Assembly (NCBI GenBank): GCA_002440965.1
Contig: DJWJ01000026.1
Coordinates: 23,439 to 87,438, forward strand
Direction of reading: 5' to 3'
DNA from: Candidatus Omnitrophica bacterium UBA6233
GTDB lineage: Bacteria > Omnitrophota > Gorgyraeia > Gygaellales > Profunditerraquicolaceae
Length of the DNA: 64,000 nucleotides
In this document: positions 37,101 to 49,100 of the stretch, piece after piece
How the letters are laid out: each line of letters begins with the position of its first letter
Numbering within the stretch: the stretch's first letter is position 1
The notes under the pieces: generated by a model
What the model saw: only the letters and a program-made list of their open reading frames with translations
What the model was told of the DNA's origin: nothing
Databases searched by the model: none
Program-made: the position numbers and the translations under genes

Positions 37101-40100
37101 TGTATTCCAGGTTGCTAACGATTATATTCACATCTTCCTGGCCGCCGGTGATATGCTTAAGCAACTCCATGATTTCATCCTGGAACCCGAATTGCAGTTC
37201 GTAGAGCTTGACATCAAGATACTGCCCCAATTTCTTCTGGCGCGCTTTATCCATAGCGTCAAATACCGGCGCGGTCAACGCACAGAATATCTTTTCCACT
37301 ATATCCGCCTTCTTGATCCAAGGGGTTAAATACAATTCGATGCCTATCTTCGTTAAAAGAATCCTGTCTATCTCCTGCCCGCCGTTCAGGTCGCGGTCAA
37401 AGACAACGATCTGTTTGTCGTTTATAGTAACTATCGTTATTCCTTCTTTTATCCTCCCCGCATAAACCCGGTCGTCCACCTGCGCAGCCAACTTCTTTAT
37501 ATATACCTGGTTTTTAATACCCGCTGCTTTAATAAAATTCTGCAGAGAAGCCGCCTGCGCGCGCAAGCCTTCCAAGAATACAAAATCAACCTTCCGGGCC
37601 GGCGCCCCGCCGGTAATATCGATGATTTCCTGTATAACGGAGCCGCAATTAAATCTGTCCTTTACGCTCCTGAAGAAAGATAGTGTTTCCCGCAGGCTGG
37701 AATAATTGACAGATGCGCGCCTGTCAATCAACTCTACTACCTTATTACGCAGTGCCCGCAGGCGAGAATCAAGGAGGAACTCATCTTTTATATCTCTCAG
37801 TTCCTCCAGCGCGGCATCCAAATCCGCATTGCCGCTGTTAATGCTAATATCAATTATCTCTGTTAACTCTTCAAATTTGACCTTGCGGTAGTTCTCAAGG
37901 ACAACATCGCGATGCTCCTCCCGGAAAAAGACAAAATACTGCAGAATGATTTCTTTAAACCTTTCTTTATCGGTAAAATCGGAGGGATACGCGCTTATGT
38001 GCTTGAGCAGGTTGAACACCTCCGACATTGAGGTGTAATCCGGCAGTTTTTCATTCCCGGAAAAATATTCTGCCCTCAAATTACCAGCCAACTCAACGAC
38101 CTTGGAGATAAATTCTTTTTTAAGGCCCATCAGGTTTAAGTCCGGCCTGGTCAGGCGTTCCCGGCGCAGCTTGCCTTGCAAAACAGCAATCTCCTCCTCG
38201 CGGGGCAATGGCTGCGAAAAATGCGTGGCAAAGCGCTGGTCGAGTTCAGTAGAGACCGCGAATGTCCCCCTGTAACCTAACTTACGCGGGTTCCTTGTTG
38301 CGGAGACAAAGAAGCTGCCTTTATTATCGTAGCGTTTCCCGCCCCAGACGATGAAACCATAACGCATTAAGTTATTCAAAACGCTCCATACCTTCGGCGG
38401 GCAGGCGTTCATCTCCGAGAAATGCACCGGTTTATCTTGCTCCAGCGCCCGCAATACATAACCCGGCCGGCGGTAAGTCCCTACCGCGGAATCGTAACCT
38501 TTTGGCCCGATAAGCTCGTCGACTTCGATATTCTTGCTGACATCGACATTCTCCACTGTGTCGCCGTAAATCAAATAATAGATATAGTTCAATATAGTGT
38601 CTTTTCCGGTGCCCTTCTCCCCCACAAACTGCAGATTTTGTTTCAACGCAATATGCTTAAGGATATCCTCGATGACGCGCAAATTGGTATCCGTCAAGTC
38701 AATCTGTAGATGCACAGGCACCTCATTAAGGCTCTCCGGCGCATTGTCTTTGCACTGAATACGCGTTGTTTTGTATACCAGGTATTTTTTACCGGTATTG
38801 TTATCCCGTTCAATGCGCAAGCATTTGGGGCCAAGCGGAGTTTCCGCAGTTTTAGTCAACCCTCGCGGCGAAAGGATGCCTTCGATATTCTTGATAATTG
38901 TATCTTCTTCTTCGCGGTAATTGTAAAACTGCGCTACGATATCGCCGATGCGGTTTATGTCTTCGGGGAAATATCCGATATGCTTGATGATTTGCTCAAG
39001 GGCGTGTGTTCCCAAAGGAGCCCCTGCCAGCTCCCCGATATTAACTGCCTGACGCTTCCCTTTCATTTTGCCGCGATAGGCATTACGTATCTCCCAAGCC
39101 GCCTCAACCAGCTGATGAATAAGTTTCTTTTCTTCCTCGGTAATCCCTCTGCCCAACCCGTCGCGGATTTTCTTCAGCCTCCATAACAAAAGCTGCTTCT
39201 CCTCTTCTGCCGGAGGATAATCGAATTCAATCACGGTGTAGCGCCTGGTCTCCTCGGATGAATATTCCTCCACGGAATATTTAAGGCCGGGGGCATTGCA
39301 GCTTACTATTACGCAGGCATCCTCCTGCGCCTCTCTCTTGTCGCCGTTATGCAGATACAGGGTTTTGCGCTGCAATATTCCGTTGAGCTTCTTGCGGACG
39401 CCTACCTTGGCCTTATTCCATTCGTTAAGCATCAGGAAATCCCCGAACTTAAACGCCTGGCTTAATTCCGACTCCCGATACCCGGTCTTACGCTCGTTAT
39501 TACTGTCGACCTCCACGCTTTTTTCCTCGGTAAGCTCTTCTTCTTCCATCTGCTCGTAACAGAAGGTATAACGCAGGGGCTGGTTCAACAAATAGCAGGC
39601 ATAATACACATGAAGGTCTTTCGCCGTGCTGGTGTCACCGATCAGCATAACGCCGCCTTCGGACTTGCCCTTACGCAGTTGGACGGCTTTCAATATCTGG
39701 ACGGTCTTTTTGATTGTGGACGGCAGCTCCAATACCTCGATGTTTTTCGGCACGCGTGTTCCGCCTTTACCTCTTTTTATCCTGATATTTTCCGGCTCGT
39801 ATACCAAGTATTCGCCGTCCGACTCCTGCACTACCTTAAATACCGAACCCGGGGTTGCTTCATAGATTTTGGTTTGTTTAGCCCTGACATCGAAGATGCT
39901 TTCGGCAAATAAGAACATCCCCGTAAACGGCGATATGTCCGGCAACCAGCCGTTATGGGCTAAAATATATTTATTAAGGACAAATAAAAGGATAACGCAT
40001 AAATAAGGAAGGATCTTTTTTATCTGCGCCTGCAATAAGCTCCAGACAGTCTTGCCGAGTTCACTCAACTCCAGAGCTTTGCCGTAGGGCGCATAACTCT

Positions 40101-43100
40101 TTTCTATCTGGGTTACCTCATCTTTATCTGCCCCGGCGGATTTATCGTAGACTCCGAAGGGGAAGAAATAGATGTCTTTATTATTCCGATAAATATTCCC
40201 TACATCCTCCGAGGCCCCGTCGGTAAGGATAATCAATGAATTAATATCTCCTTTAACCGTCCTTTGACGTATCCTTTTGACAGCCCTGCTGATTGCCGGG
40301 ATATTTTCTGTTTCGCCGCCGTCGCTGGTAAGGATAGTTTGCAATATTGCGTATTTTTTCTTTAAATTCAGCCTGCTTTCGTCAAAGTTCTTTAATATCC
40401 GGCTATTGGAACCGAAAATCACGATTTCATGTTCGATCTTAAAATCTTTCGCCAGATTCTCCAGCACCTCGATAAAAGCCACGGCACCCCGCGCCGCTGC
40501 CTGTATTTTATTTCCCTGCATAGAACCGCTGACATCGATAATCAAGGAGAACCTTACTACAGACGGTTCCTCCTTATTCAGGCGCTGCTTGAAGATATTT
40601 TCGTCATACTCAATCTTGTGCAAGGCCCGGGCGTCCAGCCTGCCGGAACGCTGATTCCCATCCCATCCCGCGTCCTGGTAGATATCTTCAAGAAAACGCC
40701 GGAACCTGTCTTGCAATGTGGCGATAACAGAGATATTTTTATATTTGCCGTATTCACCCCTCTCTTCCTCATCCATACCGGTCATCTTTTCCCATTGTTT
40801 TTGCAGTTCCTGCGCAGAGGGATTTCTTCCGTAAGCGCTGGAGGAAACGCCGGCTATTTGCTGCTTCAATTGTTCAAGCGATTCCGGATTGGAAACGTCT
40901 TGATTCCCGTTTTGAGGTTGTTGATTACTGCCCGCGTCTTCGTCTCTCCGGTTGCCGTTTTGGCTATCAAGGCTCTTTATAATCTGCTCTGTCAATTCTT
41001 CTATCTGCCTGCTCTTATCATCAACCTGCTCCGTAGATTCCTGTATTTCGGCGGTCTTCCCTTTCATAGCATCGGCCTTTTTCTGCTCCGCGTGCCTAGC
41101 TAGAGCGTCAGAGAGTTCTTTCATCTTCTCGACGGTTTCATCGATTCTTGCCGCTTTATCGTTGATATCGTCTGCTTTTGCTTCAGGCTCTCCTCCTTGG
41201 CCTTGGAATCTCTTGTCCAGCTTATGCGTCTCTTCCCGCAGACGCTTTGCTTCTTCGGAAAGTTTGCGGATCGCCCCGTCCAAATCCTGTAATTTATCTT
41301 TGTCGATACCATTAGCTCCTATATCTTGCTTAAAGCCTTCATTTGCCTTTTTTACTTCCTTATTCTTATGCTTTACCTGGCACAGTTCCCCCAGAACGCT
41401 GTTAGCGGCTTTATGGATATCATCCTGCTGCCGGCTAGCGTCTTCTTTCGGGCCAACATCTGTTGGCGCCCCTGGCTGCCCCGAAAGATTCCCCTTGGAC
41501 CCTTTCGCCGCTTCAGACAAAGCTTTCTTTAACTCTTCTTCAACCTGCCTGTTTAATTCTTCTCTCTGCTCTTCGGAAAGCCGTTCAAGAGCCTTCTTGA
41601 GGTCCTCTTCCAGGCCGGGACGATCCTTTACCTGGGATATGTCCGTGCCCTGCCGGTTATTCTTAAACGCCTCTTTGCCCAACTGCGGCTGTTTACCGGT
41701 CATCATTTCTTCAAAGAGCTTCTGGTCTCTCTGATTCTTCCGCATCTTTTCAGCCAAATGTTTTACTTCCGGCCAGATCTTTTCTTTAACAATGGCATAG
41801 AATTCCTGGCGCTTAAGCTTATGCATAAACGGAAGGTGGTCTCCTGAACTTTGAATTAATTCCCGGATGGCCTCATTCTCAATCCGGGGATCTTTTTCGC
41901 CTATAGTAAAGAAGTAAATCAACCCGAAAAGATACTGCAAGAATTCTTCTCTTTTACCCATCAACGCTTTTTCTCTCGCTATACTATGTATCTTCTGTTT
42001 CTTCTCGTATAACTCTCTTATCCACTGCGCTGTTTCCGGGTAATCGGATATGCCCAGGCTTATCGCCCGCAATGTATCGAATATTGTAAAGAGCGTAACA
42101 AAAGCCGGGTCATCTTTTAATGCCGATTCGATTATATCCGGGCGAGCAAACCTCCAGGCAAAGGCCTCGCGCATAATTAACCCCTTGCCTGCAACCTTCC
42201 CGTAATCAATGATTTCGTGCGGGATATAATACAATCTGTGGCGCAATGGATCATAACTGATGCTATCCATGCCTAATTCATCGGGTTTTCCGGTATCGCG
42301 CGCCTCAAGCTTAAGAACAGGGTCTTCCAAGTTCATCCGCGCCAACGCAAGAAGCTCATCCATAACCTCGTTCAGGAATTTCCAGTCGCGCTTGGTCAAT
42401 CTGCGCCAGAGCTGCGGATACCATTCCGGCGGAAGATTCTTCTTTCCGTAATCAACAATCTTCTTGAGATAATCCCTCTCTTTCAGATAATATCCCGCCA
42501 GAATAGCTCCGGCAAATCTCTCATCGAACTTAATCGCCCTCTGGCCTTTTGAAAAAGTTTCACGGCTGTTAACTAAATCAAGCAGGTCCTGCGGGACGGG
42601 AACCGGCTTACGTCCTTTGCTCAATTGAGAACCAATCGTTATCCATTTATCATACTGCTGCCGCAATTCTTCCAATAAAACATCATTGGCTTCCCGATAC
42701 ATAATTGCTGTACTTACTGCTTGAGTAATAATCTCGTTTTCCGCGCTAAATGGCAGGCGGTCTTCTAAAGCCAGGTAATGAACAAGTTCATGCAGAAAAG
42801 CGGCTTTGAAGAAAACAGGATTATTTTTCTCCTGTAAAACGGTTATATTGACATTCTTATCCATAAACGGATTTACCTGAACAAAACCACCCAAACCAAA
42901 TTCCCGCGCCCGCATAAACATCTCAAGCTGTTCCAGTAACTGGTTAAGAACCGGAGGCGAGAATCGGTAGTCATAAATGCTTGCCGGAAGGGTATTCAAT
43001 AGGGTGGCAGGATAAGTAATTAAAGCTACTTTGCGCTGCAGGTCCTGGTCGTCGATATCCAGCAGGCCAAAGAACATCGTCGTCAGCTCACGGACGCTCT

Positions 43101-46100
43101 TTGCCTCTTCCTGCGTAAAATTCTCTTCCCTTACCCGCAATATCTCATCGCTATCGAAAATGCTCAGCGAAGAGTCTTTGGTTTTCAAGGCGGTTACGGC
43201 GGCAACGATTTTTTCGTCGGCATAGGCGGCCCGGATTTCTTCGCTAACGCGCTGCGCCCCGGCTAAAGACCTGCGGTAAAGCTCGTCATTACCCTGCGCC
43301 AATGCTTTAATAATATCATTTCTTGCGCCGTAATAATCAATGACTGCCTGCGGCAAGGTATCCTGTTTAAACGCCCCCGCCACAAGATTGTCGGCCGAAC
43401 GCTCCAATTCATCATTCACTATCCGGTATTCAAGCTCTTTAGCCTTATCCTGCGTTTCGCCGCTTAACTTGGTAAGCTCGTAGAAAAGAAGTGTGTAAAA
43501 TTTGACGGGATTTTCTTCATTACTAAGAACGGTAAAAAATTCGCTGTCAATATATACCCAGTTTTTGTTATCGTATCTGCCCCAATGCGCCAGCGCGTAT
43601 GCGTCGGGGGCGCGGATAAACAAGCCGGGTAAAGCCTGTCTTTCTTCGATGACAACGACGTTTGTTTTCTTAAATAGCTCGGCTAACTGCTCTAAATGAT
43701 GCTCCCGGCCGAACGCATCGATACCTGCAAAGAGCTGCTGATATTTTCTCCGCTGATCCTTAATCCGGCCCTTTTCCTCCTGCCCCCATACTAGATACAC
43801 TTTCCCCTCATCGATCTTCTTCCTTATATTCGCGTCAATTTCTTCATCAGTAATATTCCCGCGCCCGTAAGCAGGCGAGGTAGCGCTAGCCTGATTATTC
43901 TCACGTAGGAATTTTACAAATTCCGGCGCTCGACGCTCGATTTCGCGGACCAGTTCAATCACCATCTCCTCCGGATTTTCGTCTTTATAATTAACCGCCA
44001 GGACAAAATCCCGAAGTTTCATAATACGGAAGCTGCCATCCATACCGACCACGGCTGATTCATACCAATTATCCCCCACTACTTTACCCAACCATATCGC
44101 ATACAAAGGATAATTTTTCTGCAGAATGTCGAGAAGGCGGCTATCCGGTTTAATTTTTTTAGTCACACGCACTATGCCGGCAGGAACGATTTTATACACT
44201 AAATCGTTACCTTTGATAGACGCGGCAAAAATTCTATCGGATGTTTCCGCAATCTTCCGGGCCAACCGCGTATCGACGCAGCGCCGTATAAATGTCTGCA
44301 AAGGGCACAGGGCCGAAACACCTAAAGTTTCGATGTAAGACCAATTTTCTTTAGCAATATAACAATGAACCTCATCTTCAAAATTTATATCTTTTCCCGT
44401 ACGCTTGTTATGAACCAATGTGCCCAGCAGTAATTTAGAAGCGGCTTTACGTAAATTTCGATTCTTATCGTATAAGGCGTTTTTAAGAACGGATAAACCT
44501 GCTTCGCTGCTAATTGAACTTGAAGCATTCAAAAGATCCAGGTTTGCGATTGCGACTTTGCGGCCTTCTTCTTGCGGGCCGCTTAAATACCTTATACAAA
44601 TTTCAATTGTTTGCTTTCTCCTGGCCCCTAATTTATCCAAAGAATTGAGCGCACAGCTAAGATAAGGCGCATCTTTTAAAAACTTGAATAAAAGCTCCCA
44701 GTCGCCATCTTCTAAAGCTCCGATTATCCTATTGCACGCAGAATATTCCTTTCGGTTCTTTAGGATTTTCAATAAACGCGCTAATACCCTTGGATTCATA
44801 GAAGAAAAATGACTATAATCCTGGATTTTTTCTTTTCCTATAAATTCCTTCGAGGCGCGAAAAGCCAAAAGTATCGGCAACAGAAAATACCAAGCTAAGA
44901 AGCTAATCAACAATAAGCTGGCTACTATAGAAAATACTATTAACAAAAGAGGAAGCTGGAGTTTAATAAAGTTACCTGCCGACATTAAGAAAAACCAAGA
45001 TATCTTGCCAATGAAACCAAGAAGAAAGAACAAACCAATAACGTAAAAGAGAAACGCAAAGAATGTTTCCCAGAGTGGGGAACGACCATCGTTGGCGAAA
45101 CCTATTATAAAAGAAGCTATAGATATGCTTAAAACCACCTTGATTCCAAAAATTACAGCTGTAGCCACAGCGATTGAGCCTTCTCCAGCCAGAGCCAAGG
45201 CGGGAATGGCAAAAAGGAAAATACTGGCAAACAAGGCGCTAAGAATAACTACACCCAAAGCGCTGCCTCTCTTCATATTTAGACTACTATTTATTAACGA
45301 TCCCATCCCGACAGCAGGAACATTTTTTGCAGGGATACTATTCTTTCCGTTTATTTCGAGTGCTTGCCTATTATTAAAAAGCGTCTTTTCACTTAGTTTC
45401 TGTATCAATTTTTCCACTAAATTATCACGCCAAATGTCTATCGAATGTCCGAAGGTTAGATGAAAATCTTCTTTAGGATAAAAATAGCCGATAATGGTTG
45501 TACCGAATTTCTTTTTGTTGGAGGTAGAATATCTAATTACAGGCATTCGCATATCGCCGAATATATCAGTATTACCAGGAACGATAACTGCCGTTTCTCC
45601 CGGATGTTCGATTATAGAAAGGCTTGCGAAATCACAAACAGCCGCTGATAAGCCTTGACCGTATTTTCCACCAATGCCAAACGTCTTATTCCACTGTATT
45701 GCTTCAGAGATAGACACAACCCTGTTTTTCATATCTCTAAACCCATCCCCATTATCTGCCACTAATACTCTAGATTGCCCAATAACAACTATAGCCAAAC
45801 CTTCAGGGACATGTTGCATGACATTCTCTAAAGCAATTCCTAAAAACTCCGCTTTACCGCTATGTTCTTCTAACTCAAACATTCTTGCGGCGTTATGACA
45901 AAGAGAGCGCCAATTCTCCCTTTTCTTCTGCATCTTATAATCAATGTATTTTCTTTCCGTAACGATGGCTGAAGGAGAGGCAAAGATCGCGGCATTTGTT
46001 ACTATGCCTCCAAATTCTTCAAAATTCTTTATAGAATCAATAGCCGATTTACGTAAATCATCTATGCCTCTTGATTCTTTTGTAGACTTACGATCCAGAA

Positions 46101-49100
46101 CCATCGTTATTGAAACAGTAGCAGAATATGGACGATACTCCTTCTTCAGTTTTATCCCGAATTGTTTGGCTGCGTGGAGAAACTTAGTCAATTCTGCGGG
46201 GTTATTCCGGAAATAGGCGTAATCTAAGGCAAGGGCTTTTGGTTCTTTAAGGCCCTTGATAAGATGAGATCCTACATCATGGAAGATGATAACGTTGATA
46301 AGGGCCTGGAAGGACTGTAATTCGGGGTTATCTGTGTCAAAAGGAGGCGCCCTTGCTGCCAGGCCTGAGTCGAATTCTACCTTGTTGTTGATCTTTTCCG
46401 CAAGGGAGAGGTTGAATCTATTGCTTAACACAATAACTTCTTCTGGCTTTAGGGTAATCCCAAGAACCCTGAAGCTCTCCTTAATGTAATTCAAGAGATT
46501 ATTGATCTGGCTTTCTGTTATAGCCTTACGCTCTTTTTGACTAAGAGGAAGAGATGCGGGGAAATTATCCAGGCTTGAAAGCAGAAAGCTAGCTACGACA
46601 AGAACAATAACAGGAAGAAATGTATATTTAAAAACTACTTCCAACTTGTCAGGATTAAGGTTTAGTATCATTATCATGGGAATAACAAGAATACCAATAA
46701 TGGGCCCTAAAAATAATAAAACAGCAAAACCGGTATTTTCTCTGGAGAAAACTCCATCCCATTGTTTTAATATAGAAAAATATATGTAAGAACCCGCAAA
46801 ATATAGTATCAACACCATAAGACAAATAGCTATCTCATGCATTTGTATAAATCGCAATGCCGCAACAATACTAGGAGCAAAGAATAGGCTAGTGGTTAAA
46901 ATCAGGGAAACCACTAGGCAGGCATCAATAACACTATTCGTCACCTCATCGCTTTGCTCTATCGTCCTACGCGCTGCCTCTAAGAACCCGGCATCGCGGC
47001 TCCTTTTTAACAATACAACCGTAGCCTTAAAAATGGCTAATATAGAAAACGCGGACATAATACCTATACTGATAAAAAATGCATTCGTCAGAGTAATGGA
47101 GAAATTGGCTGCTCCTGAAGTAATCATTTGTCCTGCGGCCAAGGCGGGAATGGCAAAAAGGTAAATACTGGCAAACAAGACGCTAAGAATAACTACACCC
47201 AAAGCGCTGCCTCTCTGCGAGGAGAAATCAATTTTCTTATTGTTGTATCTGGAAAATAGAAGGTTATAGAGAATTTCAGCCTGTTTATTTCTGGAGAGCT
47301 TGAAGAAGTAGGTATTAAGATAAACGGTCCAGCCTTCTCCTTCAATCCAGTTGTAGCGGCCGACCTTATTAGCGGTAAATGCGGGGATAGAGGTAATTAT
47401 TATCTTTCCCGGAATAGGCGGAGAACGCAGGCCAAACTGTTTGAACCTATCCGATAGCTGCTTTAAGGTTGTGAAGAAAAGACTGTTCTTTGCTTCATAG
47501 CTTTCTGTGGAGAGCTCAAAACCGGTCAGGCTTAAGGTAACGTGGCGCCATTTCAGTTTATCTTCCCGGCTAAGCTGCTGCTGGAATTCTTTAGGCACAT
47601 CCGGCAGGCAAGAATCCAAAGCATTATCCTGCCCTGTGTAATCCTCCCTGGTAGATGGCACATCTAGAACATCCCGAAGGACATTTAATGTTCTTTTGGA
47701 GGGGATAGCGGCAAAAGAAAAAAGCAGGGACGGCAACCAATAGGTAGGATCCATCGGAAACGAACTCTTAGCTATACATACTTTATTCTCATTGTTTTTA
47801 TTTACCCGCCGCGAAATAGCAATTAGCTCTTTTAAGAGCATCGACTCTTCCCGGACATACCCTCTAAGTTTTTCCAGCAGTTCTTTTGCCGGAATCGCAA
47901 TTATTATTTCTCGAGCAGTAAGTTTCGTAGCTGTCTCTTCGCTGCGGAGGCCTCCTAAATGCCGGAATTCTTCCCTGAGGCCATAGATAAGAAGCGACCT
48001 TTGAGTCTCATCGTCAAGTGCTTTATCAAATAAAGCGGAGCTTATGGCTATGACTTCGAAATTTTTGAAGCTATGAGTTTCAATGAAATATGTGGTAAGG
48101 TCAAAGAGAGCGATGTAGACGGGTTTGCCAGAAAAAACAAAGTTATCTACATACTCATCCTCTACATCCAATGCCTTCTTTAGCAAACTGCCCATAAGAC
48201 CGCTGCTAAATACCGGGTCTAGAATAAATTGCCTGGAGACATTTGTGGCGGTATCGGCGATATTTAATCTGATCCAATTGCCTGCTTGTTGTGCTGCTTG
48301 CGGAATCTCATAAGCAGCCTTACTGTCTTGGGTGGAAGGTTGGCCTTGAGGCGCTTTATAAGGAGAGCTGGCGGACAACTCAAGCTGAAGGGCGTTGGCT
48401 GACGCAAGATTTTGCCGGGAGGCAAAAAACTTAAGAGTATTCGACCGGAAATATACCTCTATCTCCTTAATTAGGCCTGCTCTTATCTGTTCGGCATAAG
48501 GCGCGGGTATCGTATCCGAATATATTCTGACCGGATTTCCCTCTTTATCATCGAAACTTATTTTCCAGGGAGACACTCCTTCTTCTCCGAAGGTGCCCTT
48601 CCCGGACGAATTATGGTAGATGACATTGGTTTTGCTTAAAAATTTGAAACTGTACCGGCCGTGTTTATCGAATAACCAACCGGCTAACGACGGAGCAAAC
48701 TTTAGGTTCAATTCATTCCGCTCATTCAGGAAGAATGGCCTTTTGCCCAGATTCATTATCAACCATATCTGTAAAAATTCTACGGTTGAGCCGGAAAGGC
48801 GAGCCACAAAACCGTTCCCCTGCAAGCTCTCGTCGGGATAGGCGCTGCTTGCCAGAAACGAGGAATTTTCCAAAATGCTGCGGCCGTATCTTTCAGGGCT
48901 CTGGAATGGAATGAGCGCGGATTTAAAATCCTCATAGAACTGCTCCGCAAGCCCGCTTTTTAAAGTTTCCAAAAGATACTTGTATTCCATATGCAGCCAG
49001 ATAGATTCGTTTTCTAACCATCCCGAGGGGAATGTCCGGCATCTGCCGATTTCTTCAGGCATCCCTTCAAGGGAATCGCACACTTTATACATCTTAAGCT

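Noticed and set aside
40952-41734. 260-aa plus-strand ORF, Ser-rich (…SSSRPGRSFTWDMS…), and neighbouring plus-strand ORFs at 40429..41103 and 50278..50877
   Set aside because: They are antisense to the E/K/Q-rich coiled-coil coding region of the giant ORF; the complement of GAA/AAG-rich sequence reads as Ser, Phe and Leu. They have no start context and no domain signature, and they are fully embedded in a strongly supported gene. All plus-strand ORFs in the track are <=260 aa and overlap minus-strand genes, so I treat them all as spurious.
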